A DNA stretch of 64,000 nt from Flaccisagitta enflata (taxonomy: Eukaryota), in NCBI GenBank assembly GCA_965153355.1, contig OZ231126.1, forward strand, positions 2,046,001 to 2,110,000. Direction: 5' to 3'. Below are positions 48,635 to 62,558 of the stretch, piece by piece. The notes under the pieces were generated by a model that made no database searches, was not told the DNA's origin, and saw nothing but the letters and a program-made list of their open reading frames with translations. How positions within the stretch are numbered: the stretch's first letter is position 1; every line of letters starts with the position of its first letter. Position numbers and translations under genes: made by a program.

Positions 48635-51357
48635 CTACATCACCTGCGCCTTCTCCATTACAGAGACGCGCGGGATCATTCCGGGAAGCTCCAACACCTC
48701 ACAATCCGTGGGCGAAAGGCGATAAATGATGTCGCCAACGGCATCAGCATCGAAAGGCGCAGGTGGTGCAGCCGTCTGAGAATGCATCCTCCTTGACGCG
48801 AAGCATAAGAAAGAGAGAACCGGGGCAGATTGATTAGCAAAGTTCTTATCGGTACACAGATTCAAATTTACAACAAAAACTCAACCTCAACCCTTCCTAA
48901 ACCATGAAACTTACGCGGGCGTTTTTCGCCAGGCCCCGGGGCGGACGTCATTCCCACGCCCCGGGTAGCGCCCCCGACTTGGCCGGCCTGTCCATCGATG
49001 GGATGAGGATGTGAAGGTGGAATACGATCCTCAGCGAATGGCGGCGCTCTCCACGCCATGTTGCAAATTGGTAGTTAAATTGAACAGCAACTGGGCGTGG
49101 CACCAATCAGCGTTTAGCTGGCGGTCTGATTTTTCCAAGGCCTGGTTCGATTTTTCTTATTCCCAGGCTTGGGAGCGTCTTTTTGCGACAGGATCTGCTG
49201 ACCGACTTTTTCTGCTGGAGAAGACGCAGGAGGTGGAGATGCTGCATCGCAATTCGGCGCCAGTCGAAATTTCGGACGTACAGCGGACGCAGTTTTAAAG
49301 TCGACGGCCATAGCCGCCTTTGCGCGTTCCACCGCTTCCTCTTTCTTCTTAGCCTTCATCGCACAGGCCTGCTTCTCCTTTTCAAGCTGCTTCTCCAGTT
49401 CCACGACTCGCTTATTGCCTTTGACCACCTCATTGTCCGCAGCCATTGCTGCTCGACGAGCATCGTCTCTCTCCTTTTGGATATTGCGACGAATCCTCTC
49501 GTCTAAGACTTGACGAGCCGCTTCAACTCGTTGACGCGGCGGAAGCGACGCGAAGAAGTCTTTTGGAAGCCTTGATGCTAAATTCTTCACCACCCCCAAT
49601 GGAGCATTTGAGGTCAGTAAAGAGGCTTCTCGTAGCAATGACTCGGCGATGTGGTGTCCATGCGCAGGATCAAAGGCTGGATCCGACGGGGGAGGCGGGT
49701 TCTGCACTTGCTGCAGACCTTGGGCAGACTCGGTTTGCTGACGAGGCGCTACACCAGCTTTAACAGATGCTGAAGCACCGCCAACTAGTTCGCTTCCTAC
49801 CGCTGCTTTTGATGGCTGCGAGTGAAAGGAAGACGCTCCCGTCTGCTGACCAGAGACTTGAGGTTTAACAGCGGACGCCCGAAGCACCGCAAGAGAACCT
49901 CCTTGGTTGCTGCTTTGTGCTTCTTCCTAGCTCTCTTGGTCTTCTTCCCCTTTGCTGCCGCTGCCCCAGGCGCCTGATCCAGCTTCTGGGTTGCTGCCAA
50001 CGTTGCCGTCGACGAACCGCTTGAAGCTTCTCCTTGGCCTTTGGGCGTTACTGCTGCAGGGGGCGCGCCTGGAGGCGCTTTGAAGGGGCCTTTGCTTTTG
50101 GAATTTGGCCCTTTTGTTGACCTCGGCACATTGCGCGTTTGTGGAGTCTTTCCCCGACGTGATCTCTTCGACTGTTGTGAGGGAGTGACGTCACGAGGAC
50201 CCTGTTGCTGCTGATTTGGGGGATGAACCAATCCAGGGCGCGATTGACGACTTCCTGATGCTGTAGAGTGAATTGCCGCTGATGTAGCTGCGGCTGCGTC
50301 GAGCACGAATACCGCTGGTGGAGTTGCGGAAGCGCCGACGGAAGTTGCACCAGGAGGCTTCGGAGCCGCATTCTTCCTCTTCGTCGCTTGGACCATGCGA
50401 CGAACCTCCTTATCATGCTCCCTCCTTCTCTTATTGCTTTGGATTTTGCGCTCCAGAGTCTCCGAGCCAAGCTCTGTTTGATTAGCCGATGAGTGCATGA
50501 GAGTTTGTTTGTTGCAGCATACCGAAAGTTTTTCAAACTCTTTGAAGAGGAGAGATACTCCGACGTCCGGACTGATGATACGATACCACCAACGCGCCTG
50601 CATCCGTTGGTGCTTCTCTTCCGGCGTCGCAGTGTCCACTTCCGGGTCAATGTCTTTCTCCACCGCCTCCCCATTCACCAACACCTCCTCCTCTGTTTCC
50701 ATCCCCTCCTCCTCCACTCTTGCTCCATCATTGACCGATCTCTCTCTCTCTTCGCCCCCGCTGCGTTGACGTGCAGCTGCAGACGCTTGATCGCGAGACG
50801 CTGGGCGACCGAAATCAAGGCAAAATTGGCGAGGCGATGGGGGCAAATCCGATGATGATGACGCTCGCCCGCGGAAGTGTGGATAAGTCCGTCGGGCGGC
50901 CGACTGACGAGATCCGCCGAACCTCCATCTCTGATGACCACCAATGGAGGAAGCGACGCGGGGTCAACGTGGTGCTGATGGCTGTTGATTTTATTTACCA
51001 ACGATCATCTGTTGACGCTTTATTCGCCATTTTTGCGCTTTCACGACGGAACGTATGTCGCCATTGAAGGCTGCCAACGCGACAGCCTCCTCCCCCGCCC
51101 CGAACGACGCTTCGTGATGCAGATCCTCTCGAGCCGGCCCGTTGAAGAGTCGATGAAGATCCAGCGATCCGTACGACGCCGACACGCCGGTTTCTGCCTC
51201 GAGACGCTGCTGACGGGACATCTTGACTTCGACGAGCGAATTTCAAGATGCTAACTGACTTCGTAGATGGAATGACGTCGTCAGCGGAAGCTTTGAAATG
51301 TTCGTAATCGAGAACTGATAATGGTAAGAACGGATTTTGGCACAATAATATGTACAT
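48635..51357 (-). pseudogene. Extra sense-strand ORF region (~2.7 kb, several frameshifts) between integrase and 3' LTR; unknown basic/coiled-coil protein
   Basis: Consecutive overlapping ORFs (50995-51357, 50991-51221, 50675-51001, 49797-50846, 49114-49887, 48635-48865). The same peptides recur in the right copy (e.g. HQRMQARWWYRIISPDVGVSLLFKEFE; LDERIRRNIQKERDD). Confidence 0.7.
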
Positions 51358-51573
51358 ATAGACAGAGCGAATGAATCAGTGTTTTGTGATGTGTGAGTGG
51401 AAATGGACAACATAATTAACAAGAGGAAAGATGAAAGCATGGATAATCAGAACCAAATATGAATAATAACAACTCTTTGTAAATATAACAAGTCAGAGAT
51501 ATCAATCACTCATATCTAGTTACTAATGGACAGGCCCATGCGCCTTTTTCTCTCTCTCAAAACTTAGCGTTTT

Positions 51574-53066
51574 TTATGAGTCCAATTGCCGCACAAGCCT
51601 GCGGCGGTCTTTCGTCACGATCTTTCCATCTTGGCGCCGGATGTGAGCCCTCCGGACATGGGCTGATGATCCCTCGACGCCCATGACACGTCCTAAGCTC
51701 CAATTGTGACGAGGTAGCGTTTCGTCCATGACGATGACCATGTCATCGACCGCAAAGTCTCTCTCAGATCTCGACCATTTACTTCGCGCATGAAGAAGCG
51801 ACAAATATTCGACCCTCCACGATTTCCAAAATGCATCCACACGGTGATTGCACGCCTCCATTGAATTCATGAGTCAAGTCGACCAGAATTGACGCCTTGT
51901 TGCACCAGATCCAGAGGGGCATGGCCGGATGTTGATGGATTGAGGATATGATTCGGCAAGGGCCTCAGAGTCATTTGGATCATCGCGGAGCGCTGTTAGA
52001 GGACGGCGATTGAGAATTCCTTCAACTTCACGACTTGCAGTGTTGAAGGCGCCGATGCGGGAGGATGGCGCCAGCTGAGATGGGGAGGCAAGATGGCGCT
52101 TAAAGAGAGCGACGATTCTCTCCCACACCCCTCCATAGTGGGGTGTTCTCGGCGTGATAAAATCCCACCGAAGGCCGCGCCGCTGCAATTCGGGAGTTGA
52201 CGAGCGGTTCCAAGCTTCCATTTCCTTCTTGAGGATGTTGTTGGCGCTGACTAGATTCGTTCCACAATCTGATGTGAAACGGCGGATTCCTGGGCGCCTT
52301 GCTGCAAAGCGGATGATTGTATTTACTATCGGATCGGCTGACATGTTGAAGAGCAAGTCCACATGGACGGTGCGTGACACGAAACAGGTGAACACTGCGA
52401 TCCACCCCTTGTGATCAGCACGCCTGGCTCATTTTTACCATATGAAATGCCCCCGACGCCCAATCCAGTCTCTGCAAAGACAGGCTACCGGATTGACGCG
52501 GTTTGATGGAAGATTGGCCATTTGCTGATTTGCGTTCTTTTTAAAGTTCTTCTGGCATCTAAAGCACGTGTTGACGACGCTCTTGACGGCCTGAAGACCT
52601 TTGTAATCCACACAAATTGGCGTAATTGGCACAATGTATGCTTTGCACCCGCTTGAAAATCATTATGATGATAATGGCGAATTAATGATTTCACATTCTC
52701 GTCTTTTGGCGGACAGGACGCAGGGAAATTTAGCGTCATGAGAGATGTCGGCATTCTCCAATCGACTGCCGACGCGAGGGATGCCGTCGTCGTCGACGAA
52801 AGGGTTCAGCTTCCGCATCTCCTTGTTCTTTATGATAAAGTCACGACGGCTTTCCGGCTTGAAGACTTTTCCCAATTCCAATTGTTCAAAGACGTCAGAA
52901 TAATGCTGCCGCTGCATTGACTTGACGAGCTGTTTGCGCGCCTCCACTTCCACGTCTTGCGTCACTTCCGGTTTGGGAAGGAGATCCTTTTGTTGCTCGT
53001 GGCTCGCCTTCTTGGATACGCTTCTCCACCTTTTGACTGCGATGAGAACTATGCCGAGCATCCGGC
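51574..53066 (-). pseudogene. Bel/Pao Pol C-terminus: integrase and DUF5641-type tail, frameshifted
   Basis: LNPFVDDDGIPRVGSRL, QQMANLPSNRV, FTCFVSRTVHVDL, SDCGTN, PHYGGVWER, EGILNRRPL, FWKSWRVEYL...SKW, WSLGRV. Confidence 0.93.
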
Positions 53067-53076
53067 NNNNNNNNNN
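53067..53076. other. Assembly gap (10 N)
   Basis: nnnnnnnnnn in the sequence; indel density looks higher on both sides. Confidence 1.
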
Positions 53077-56000
53077 AAGAGCGTCACACAACACGCATGG
53101 ACGCCAGAAGAACTTAAAAAGAACGCCAATCAGCAAATGGCCAATCTTCCATCAAATCGCTTCAATCCTGCGCCTGTTTTTGCAGAGACTGGATTGGACG
53201 TCATGGGGTATTTCATGGTAAAAATGAACGGGCGAGTTGATCATAAGGTGTGGATCGAAAAGTTCACCTGTCTCGTGTCACGCGCCGTCTATGTGGAATT
53301 GCTCTTCAACATGTCAGCCGATGCGAGCGGTACCAATCATCCGCCAGTGAAGCCAGAATCCGCCGCTTCACTTCAGACTGTGGAACGAATCAAGCCGGCG
53401 CCAACAATATCCTCAAGAAGTAGCTGGAAGCTTGGAACCGCTCGTTAACTCCCGAATTGCAATGGCGCGGTTTTCGATGGGATTTCATGACGCTGAGAAC
53501 ACCCCACTATGGAGGGGTGTGGGAGAGAATCGCCGCTCTCTTTAAGCGCCATCTTGCTTCCATCTCTATCACGCCATCCTCCACGCCGACGCTTCTTCAA
53601 CACTGCCGCTGCCGGTTGGGAAGGAATCTCAATCGCCGCCCTTCTGACAGCGCTCAGCGATGATCCAAATGACTCTGAGGTCCTTACACCGAATCATATC
53701 CTCAATCCATCAACCGGCCATGCCCCTGGGATCTGGTGCAACAAGGCGCCAACTCTGACGCCGACTCCGCGAAGATTCAATGGAGGCGCGCGCAATCGCG
53801 TGTGGATGCGTTTTGGAAATCGTGGAGGGTCGAATATTTATCGCCGCTTCACGCGCGAAGCAAATGGTCGAGATCCGAGAGAGACTTTGCGATTGATGAT
53901 ATGATCACCGTCATGGACTAAACGCTACCTCGCCACAATTGGAGCTTAGGACGGGTCGCGGGCGCCGAGGGTTCGTCAGCCCATGTCCGGAGGGCTCATA
54001 TCCGGCGCCAGGACGGAAAGATCGTGACGCAGCATCCGCATGGGCTCGTGCTGCTGGAATTGACTCCATAAAAATCGCGAAGTTTTGAGAGAGAGAAAAA
54101 GATGGGCCTGTCCATTAGTAAATTGTAGATAAGGAGTGATTGAGACTGACTTGTTATACTTGTTGAAAGAGTTAAGGTTATTCATATTTGGGTTCTATTC
54201 TTATCCAGTTCATCTTTCCTCTTGTCAATGGTGTTGTCCATTTCCTACTTTTTACACATAAACACTGATTCATTCATTTGCCTTATATGTACATGTTATT
54301 ATGCCAAAATCCGCTCTGCATTATCAGTTCTCAAACCAACATTTCAAAGCCTACGACGACGCCATTCCATCTACGGTTGCCCGCATCTTGAAGTCGCCGT
54401 CGAGTCAAGATGTCCGCCAGCAGCGCCTCGAGCTGAAGCGACGGTCGACGCTCGCACGGATCCTTGGACTTACTTCCATCGCCAACGACGCTCACTCGAG
54501 AAGTGATTCGCATCCACGACATTGCTCGGGGCGGAGGAGGAGGCTGTCGCGGCGCTGGCAGCCTTTCACTGGCATCCCTGTTCCGTCGCAGACCAGCCCA
54601 TGCAATAAAAGCGCCAACAAGATGATGCTGGTAATCGTTGGAATAGCCATCTTAACGCCAGTTTGATCTCCGCTGCCGCCTTCCATTGCGGTCAGAGATG
54701 AGGTTCGAGGCGGATTCGACAATCGCCGCTGACACGGGAGATTATCTTACCACTTCGCGGCGGCGCGCTATCATTTTCGTGGATTTGCCCCACGCTCGCC
54801 AATTCTTGCCTTGACTCCTGCCGCCTGTGCCGCCCGTGATCAAGCGCTTGTGCTGCATGTCAACGCAAGGGCGAAGAGAGAGAGATCGGTCAACGATGGG
54901 GCAAGAGTGGAGGAGGAGGGGATGGAAACAGAAGAGGAGGTAAGAGTGAATGGGGAGGTGGTGGAGAAAGACATTGACCCGGAAGTGGACACTGCGACGC
55001 CGGAAGAGAAACACCAACGAATGCAGGCACGTTGGTGGTATCGTATTATCAGTCCGGACGTCGGAGTATCTCTCCTCTTCAAAGAGTTTGAAAATCTTAC
55101 AGTATGTTGCAACAAACAAACTCGCATGCGCTCATCATCCAACCAAACAGAGCTTGGCTCGGAGACTCTGGGAGCGCAAAATCCAAAGCAACAAAAGAAG
55201 TAGGGAGAGCATGACATGAGGTCTGCCGCATGGTCCAGGCGATTTAAGAGGAAGAATGCGGCTCGAAGCTCTTGGTGCAAATTGCAAATCATCTGCAGGC
55301 AATCTCTGGCTGGGCGCTCGCAACTCCACAAGCTGTATTCTGTGCCACGAGCCGCAGCTACATCATGCACCATTCTATAGCATCAGGAAGTCACACCGCG
55401 CTTCTGGGATTGTTCATCCTCCCAAATCAGCAGCAAACAGGTCCTCGTGACGTCACTCCTCCAGCAGCTCAAGAGATCACGTCGGGGAAAGACTCCACAA
55501 CCCCGCAATGTGCCGAGTCAACAAAAAGGGCCAGATTCCAAAAGCAAAGGCCCTCTTCAAGCGCCTCCAGGCGCGCCCCTGCAGCAGTAACGCCCAAAGG
55601 CCAAGGAGAAGCTTCATGGCACCACGACGTGCACGCAGCAACCCAGAAGGAATCAGGCGCCTGCAGATGCAGCAAAGGGGAAGAAGACCAAGAGAGCTGG
55701 GAAATAGCTCTAAGCAGCAACCAAGGGAGGTTCTACTGGTGGTGCTTCGGCGTCCGCTGTTAAACCTCAAGTCTCTGGTCAGCAGTCGGGAGCGTCTTCC
55801 TTTCACTCGCAGCCATCAAAAGCAGTGGTAGGTTGCGAACCAGTTGGCGGTGCATTAGCATCTGTTAAAGCTGGTGTGGCGCCTCGTCAGCAAACCGAGT
55901 CTGCTCAAGGTCTGCAGCAAGTGCAGAATCAGCCTCCCCCGTCGGATCCAGCCTTTGATCCTGCGCATGGACACCACATCGCCGAGTCATTGCTACGGGA

Positions 56001-58456
56001 AGCCTCTTCACTGACCTCAAACGCTCCATTGGGTGTGGTGAAGAATTTGGTATCAAGGTTTCGAAAAGACTTCGTCGCGTCGCTCAATCTGCGCCAACGG
56101 GTTGAAGCGGCTCGTCTGGCCTTAGACGAGAGGATTCGCCGCAACATTCAGAAGGAGAGAGACGATGTTCATCAAGTTGTAATGGCTATGGACAATGAGG
56201 TGGTCAAAGGCAATAAACGAAACGTCGAACTGGAGAAGCAGTTTGAAAAGGAGAAGCAGGTCTCAGTGATGAAGGCTAAGAAGAAAGAGGAAGCCGTGGA
56301 ACGCGCGAAGGCGGCTATGGCCTGCCTCGACTCTTAAAACTGCGTCCGCTGTGCGCCCTGGGCCTGATTGATGCGCTTGGACACTATGAAGGCAGCATTC
56401 CACCCCAGTCAGCTTCTTTCTTCCTGCAGAAAAAGTCGGTCAGCAGATCCTGCCGCAAAAAGACGCCCTAAGCTTAGCCAGTAATCGAACCAGGCCTTGA
56501 AGAAAAAACTGGTGCATCCGCTGGTGTTAAACACTGATTGAGCTACGCCTGTGGCTGCTGTTCAATTTAACTACCAATTTGCAACATGGCGTGAAGAGCG
56601 CCGCCATTCGCTGAGGATCGTATTCCACCATCACATCCTTCTCCCATCGATGGACAGGCCGGCCAAGTCGGGGCGCTACCCGGGGCGTGGAAACGACGCC
56701 CGCCTCGGGGCCTGGCGAAAAACGCCCGCGTGCGTACAGCTGGTTTAAAGGTTGAGGCGAGTTTTGTGGTAATTTTGAATCTGTGTACGATAAGAACTTT
56801 TCTTACTAATCAATTCAGTTCTATTTCTTCTTTTTCTTTCTTTTCCTTCGGGAGATACATTTCAGGATTTGCCAGCACCACTCTGCGCTTTTCGATGCGG
56901 CCGCTGCGGACGCACTTATTCATCGCCGCCCACGGATTGACGCAGGTGTTGAGCTCCGGAATGACCCCGCCCGTCTCTGTAATGGAGAAGGCGCAGGTGA
57001 TGTGGTCGTTCCATGATGCTTACTAATTTCTTTTACCTTACAGATTCGCTTTTATATATAGTTAGTAACTTATTTATTTTGTCTTGTTTTGTTTGGTTCC
57101 TTGGAACATGTACATTTTTGTTTTGTTTGTTTTAGACATGGTCTTTTTAGTCATTACGTAATACTTTCGTATGACATGTTTTAGTAGTATGCCTACTCAT
57201 TATTTTCCACCTTAAAAATCCCAGGCTTGGGTGCTCCAAGGCCTGTTCCCCTTCCCCTTTCCTTAACTTACAGAACGGTGCCTCACCTCCTCGTCGCCGC
57301 CTCGCTCTATCCTCCGCGTCATCGTGATCGTTGAAAATTTGCTGGTGGTGGATCCTTTCCGGACGGGAATCATCATTCGTGCAGTCGTCATCTGTTGATA
57401 GTTAGGTGGGGATGTAAGAGGTGGTGACGGGGGAGGGGCGGGGCTGTGTCTATGTAAATTTTTTCTTAAGGAAGGTAGTATCGGTTTTTAGTAGGTTTAC
57501 TGGAAACTAGTGTCGGATTTTTGAAATTCGTGAAATTCCAAAAATGGGGCAGAATGTTAGAAATGTATGTCCGTCCGTTTCTTAAGTATGTGTGCTTTTG
57601 TTTCTTTTGCGTGCTTTGGCTTTTTTTCTTTCTTCTATTATTCAATGCCAGCGTCTTTTGTTTCTCGCCATTTTTATATTGAACGCTAGATGGGTAACCA
57701 TATGGTTGCTTGTATTTTGTGCCATTTGTTTTTATTATGTAGGCATATACGTAACTCGTCTTTCGTATCATCCAATTTTTGGATTGATTGATTTTATTTA
57801 TTTGTGGCATTGCTTCCTAAAGTGATTGATTGATTTTTCGTGATTGATTGAATGTGCCCTTGGAATTTGCTAATTTCAATAATCTCTCATCTTTTTTTTG
57901 ATAAACTTATGAACGGACAATTAACGAATTTGACTTCGACAGACTGTGGGTTGAAACCAACGAAAGTGGGCCTAAAGTAAGTTTTATAGACGCTCTTTGC
58001 TTTTATTAACATTGTTTTATCTTGTCTTCCGGTCTGTTATTTTTGTCTTTTGCCCTTTGCATTTTTATCGCCGGATTTTAGTATGGTTTTTTATCGCTGT
58101 TCATCAGCTTACTATGGGGATGATATGGATGAATCTAATGGGATAGGCCGGGGCAGGGGCAGGTATTATCAGGTGGCATGGGCTCTGAAGAAGATGAACA
58201 TGTTGTCATGTGCTGTTTCTGTCCTTTATTGTGTCCTGTCTCGATTTCATGTTATCTTTTGCGTTTGCTGATCAAAATTAACGCCCACTTTCCCTTTCAT
58301 TTTTCCCCCTCTCTTCAGTTGTTGAAATTTTTTTATGGAATAAACGAGACGATCGCCTTCCTATTTTCCAATCGGCCAACTTTCTTTCACCACAAGTCGT
58401 CAGTCAGATAGACGCTCATAGACAGTGCCAGTTGAAACTCGTGGGCGTAAATTATA
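53077..58456 (+). mobile_element. Second Bel/Pao copy, 3' half, opposite orientation (integrase ~53100-54070, extra ORF ~54280-57020, PPT ~57429-57444, LTR 57445-58456)
   Basis: ANQQMANLPSNRFNPAPVFAETGLDVMG, PHYGGVWER, FWKSWRVEYL; GGGGGAGGGGCGGGGC|TGTGTC; its LTR end abuts the interior of a GAGC-core MITE. Confidence 0.88.
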
Positions 58457-59854
58457 GAGTGAGTGAGCCTGAGAACAAAGCGAGTGTAGCAAAGCGGAGC
58501 GCTGCAGAACAAGTGAGCGGTGTGAGCGGTGTGAGCGAACGAATGTAGCGAGCGACCGAATGACCCGTTAAAAACGTGATTGTCTGTGACTTGAAAGGCG
58601 CCTTTTATAACAGCCGCGCGAGTTTACATCAATATAATGTAAAGTAAATGGGTAATTGGGAAATGAATAGTGGTACATCGCCGTACATCAATCCATAATG
58701 AGTTATGAGACCGCTGCAAGAGTTTAACAAGTGACGCGGGGTCACAATATCGTTGCGGACGGGTGGGCAGGGGCATCCAACCCCCTTCCTCACACCAACC
58801 CGCCTGCAACACTCAATCATACACAAAAAGTGTCAAAAACGCTTGTTTTCCCACTTTTCAACTCGATCACCATGATTGAGGGACAAACCAGCAGGCGGAC
58901 CAATGGACAGACCAACAGACGGACCTAGCCTCTTTTAGAGTTGCGTGTCCGCAACTAAAAATTGGTGATACACTGAATAGTCAAGAGAATTTTGGGCTGT
59001 AACAATTTCTGATTTGTAAGTTGAATGAATAACGGAAAAACTTCAAACTGGTTCAGTTCTTTCAACATGGCTATGAGATGTCCAATAGATGCGTCCTCTT
59101 TAGATCATAGATGTTAGAAAATAAGATACAAATCATTAAGATATAAAGATAGTAAGATATAATGATATGAAGTTATTAAATTATTGAAATAGAGAGATGA
59201 GGATCCCCTCTTCCTGAATATAAACAAATTCCCTCCTTCCCCCCTTGACGCCTCCTCCTGACCCAACCTCCTCCCCTACCCCTATCTACCCCCCCCCCAC
59301 GCCTCCCCAACCCAAACACCTCATCCCCCATCCCCCATGCCTCTTCCCTCCAACTCCCCCCACTCCTACTTCCCCCCCCCCGCCTCCTCCTTACAAAGAG
59401 ACATGGAGAGGAATGAAAGACATGATGAGACCTGTAGACACATGAAGAGACATGAAAAGACATGAAGAGACATGAAGAGACATTAAGAGACATGAGAGAC
59501 ATTGTGACACCTGAGGAGACATGTAGAGACATGGAGAGACATGAAACGACATGAAACGACATGAAGAGACATGAACGGACATGAAAAGAAATGAGGAGAA
59601 AACCGTGAAAATCGCATAAGAAAATTTCGCGTTCCGGACAGACCAAGAGACACACCCTCTTTTAAAGATGCGAGGACGCATCTAAAAATGAATAAGACAT
59701 TAACATCTTGATGAAAAAAATAAATCATAATGAATCATCAATTTGTGTATGTCTCGAATCCAGGATCAATGTAAGTATATTCTTTTTTATCACGTGCGTT
59801 ATGGAAAAAAAAGTGTGTTCGTCAGCCTGTTGGTTGAACAGACACGGTTTTTTT

Positions 59855-60112
59855 TTACGGCTTTGTTAGAATTGGGAAAAGCTCATTCTTGACTTTGTCC
59901 GTGTTGTGGAAATTGGTTATTGAATAAAAGGATTTTTTGGGTTCTCCGGCGATTTCATTCAATTTGGTTTGATTCATTCGTTTCCCGACTCCAACAGTCC
60001 AAATGTCGACTCCAGCGGAACGCAATTTGGCGGCGTTGTTCAACATTTGACGCCGGTTTTCAGAACGACAATCACCATCACTCAACAACACCGTGATTTG
60101 ACGCGCGTCGGG

Positions 60113-60203
<91 letters not shown>

Positions 60204-60320
60204 AAATTTTGCATGATTGTGTTTGCGTATTTCCAGAAAAGATGAGCACTTAACAGTTTTTCTTTAATCTGTATTTCTATATTACTATATATACCTAATC
60301 TCTCACTGTCTCTCTCTGTC

Positions 60321-60380
<60 letters not shown>

Positions 60381-62558
60381 CCCTCTACCTTTCATTCAGT
60401 TCCAAGTATTGCCTGACTGCTTCCAAGCCGTTGCCTATATATGTGCGATATATTTTCTTTATTCTTTTCATTTGATGGATTGTTTGTCTCAAGGTGTTGT
60501 AATCCACTGCGACAGAGTTTTCGAAAGTCAAGTCAGTTTGGGCCTCTTCTGCAAACTGTATGATAGCTAGCCGAGCATCCGATGAGGAGAACGGGATGGC
60601 TTCCTGCACAGTCACAGATCAAAACCGGATGTACAGGACTATGAGAGCAATAACGACTTAGACTGGAGGATAGATTTTAGATATCCTAATTTTATTTGTA
60701 TTAAGATATATTTGAGATTTAGGTTGATTAAAGGTTGCTTTATTTAGTGAATGCATTTGCGTCTCTCAAACTTTGATTTATGACAAGATTTCATTTTTCA
60801 AAGTTCTAACCTATTTCATTAGATTGAGCAAAAAATTCATGTAGTTTTGAAAAAAAAGTCAGACTATTTCTATAGGTTTGGTGGTTATCTTCAATGAACA
60901 TAGTTATTCATAGTTATTCAAATTAGTTTTAAGGCAAGATTTAAAATAGTAATAAAACTTGAAAAAATGGATTGATTGAATTGATTTTTTTTTTCAAAAT
61001 TATATAAAGTTTCTAAACCTATTAAGACATTTGAAAAATGAGGTTATGATAAGATTAAGTCGCGAGTTGAAGTTTGAGAGACAAACATTTTCACTCAATA
61101 CAGCAACTTTTAATCAGCCTAGATCTTAAATATTTCATGATACAAATTTTAAAAATCTAGGATACTGTCCTCCTATCTAGATCGTCATTACTCCCATTGT
61201 ACTGTACTCATTTTGGTAAATCGATGCCACTTTTGGTTGCTTTCGGAAATCCGCGGACAGAAAGTAAGAATTATGTCCATAACCTGTCACACTGATGTCA
61301 CACTGATGTCACACTGATGTCACACTGTTTCAAAAGTAAGTTTGAGGCCTAAAACTTTTAGAGTGAGCGTGGAACTATACAAACTTCCAGATCTAGAAAA
61401 AACAAGGCCGTATACGCGGCAGCATTAGTCGCGGAAGGGTGGGCAGGAGCAGAAAACCTCGAAAAAGAGCTTTGTGACCGACGGACCGACCGAAAAGTGG
61501 CTTATAGAGTCGCGTGTCCGCGACTAAAAAACAATTAAATCATTGTAGATTCAGATATGTTGATGAGTACAAAATAGTAACGGTGACGATGAGACATCAA
61601 TGTGACTGATTGTGGACATAGTTCCTACTTTGTATCTGCGGATTCCCAAAGACTACCTCGTAGATTGGTTTTTAGGCAGCGGCCCTCTCAGGCCTGAAAT
61701 CTCCCCTCTCAGGTCTGAAATCTGCCTTCTCAGGCCTGAAAGGGTAGACTTCAGTTTGAGAGGGCAGATTTCAGGCCTGAGAGGTCAGATTTCTGGCCTG
61801 AGAGGGCCTAGGGGGGGGATGGATGGATGGATGGACAGACGGACGGACGGACGGACAAACGGATGAACAAAAGTCCCCTTGTGTTCTACAGGACTTTGTC
61901 CCCTTCGGGGGCCGCTTCCCTGCTTCCTCCCACTCCAAATCACATTAATGCAAAGCAGGGCAACGGGTATAGCTGACCAGTTATATGAGTACACTCTTTA
62001 TTTTATATAAGGACCAGTAAATTTTTTCTGAGGCTGGGATGTTCTTAGATTTTAGTAAATTTTAGGCTGAAATGTCTTTAGCGTGTCCTTAATATTTTCT
62101 TATGATTTTCTTATGATTATTTTTTATGTATTGAAATAATTGATGTTAAGTATCATGAAACACAAGTTAGATATGACAATAATTGCTTTGTAGTTGTTTT
62201 TTATAGAACATTATATCATTTAGCAAAGATGAATGCTATCATTTCTTTTAAAAAGTAATTATTTTCTTTAAAAAGTTGCGTAAAGACAATCTAGATTTTG
62301 AATCAAAAAAATTTTTTATGCAAATCTGAGGCTGGGCTTTGTCCTTAAAATGTCCTTAATTTTTGGCAAAATTTCAGCCTCGATGTCCTTATAAACTTTG
62401 TCCTTACTCAAAATAAAGAGTGTAGTCGGAGATGATACCTTTTGGAAATACTTGACAAATTCTCCCACAAGGTCAACTTCTTGGTCAAATTCTTCCACTC
62501 TCAAGGTGGAGCTGGCATCGATGAGAAATACGAAGTCGGCTTTCAAACTGGCATCCGG
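59855..62558 (-). CDS. von Willebrand factor A domain protein, last three exons (62558-62439, 60603-60389, 60113-59855)
   Basis: ADFVFLIDASST (MIDAS-like), RLAIIQFA, TYIGNGL, ITVLLSDG, LRSAGVDIWTVGVG, LNEIAG; GT-AG boundaries with matching phases 0 and 2. Confidence 0.9.
60634..61204. mobile_element. Diverged foldback MITE with TA TSD in a vWA intron
   Basis: TA|CAG...CTG|TA with imperfect inverted similarity along both arms (e.g. TCTCTCAAACTT / AAGTTTGAGAGA). Confidence 0.7.
61992..62422. mobile_element. MITE with TA TSD in a vWA intron
   Basis: TA|CACTCTTTATTTT..TAAGGAC / GTCCTTA..AAAATAAAGAGTG|TA. Confidence 0.82.

Larger units (their letters stand above)
47141..53066 (-). mobile_element. 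Bel/Pao LTR retrotransposon, 3' half (integrase, extra ORF region, PPT, 3' LTR), cut by the gap
   Basis: Integrase motifs, polypurine tract and LTR as listed separately; colinear in reverse complement with 53077-58456. Confidence 0.9.
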
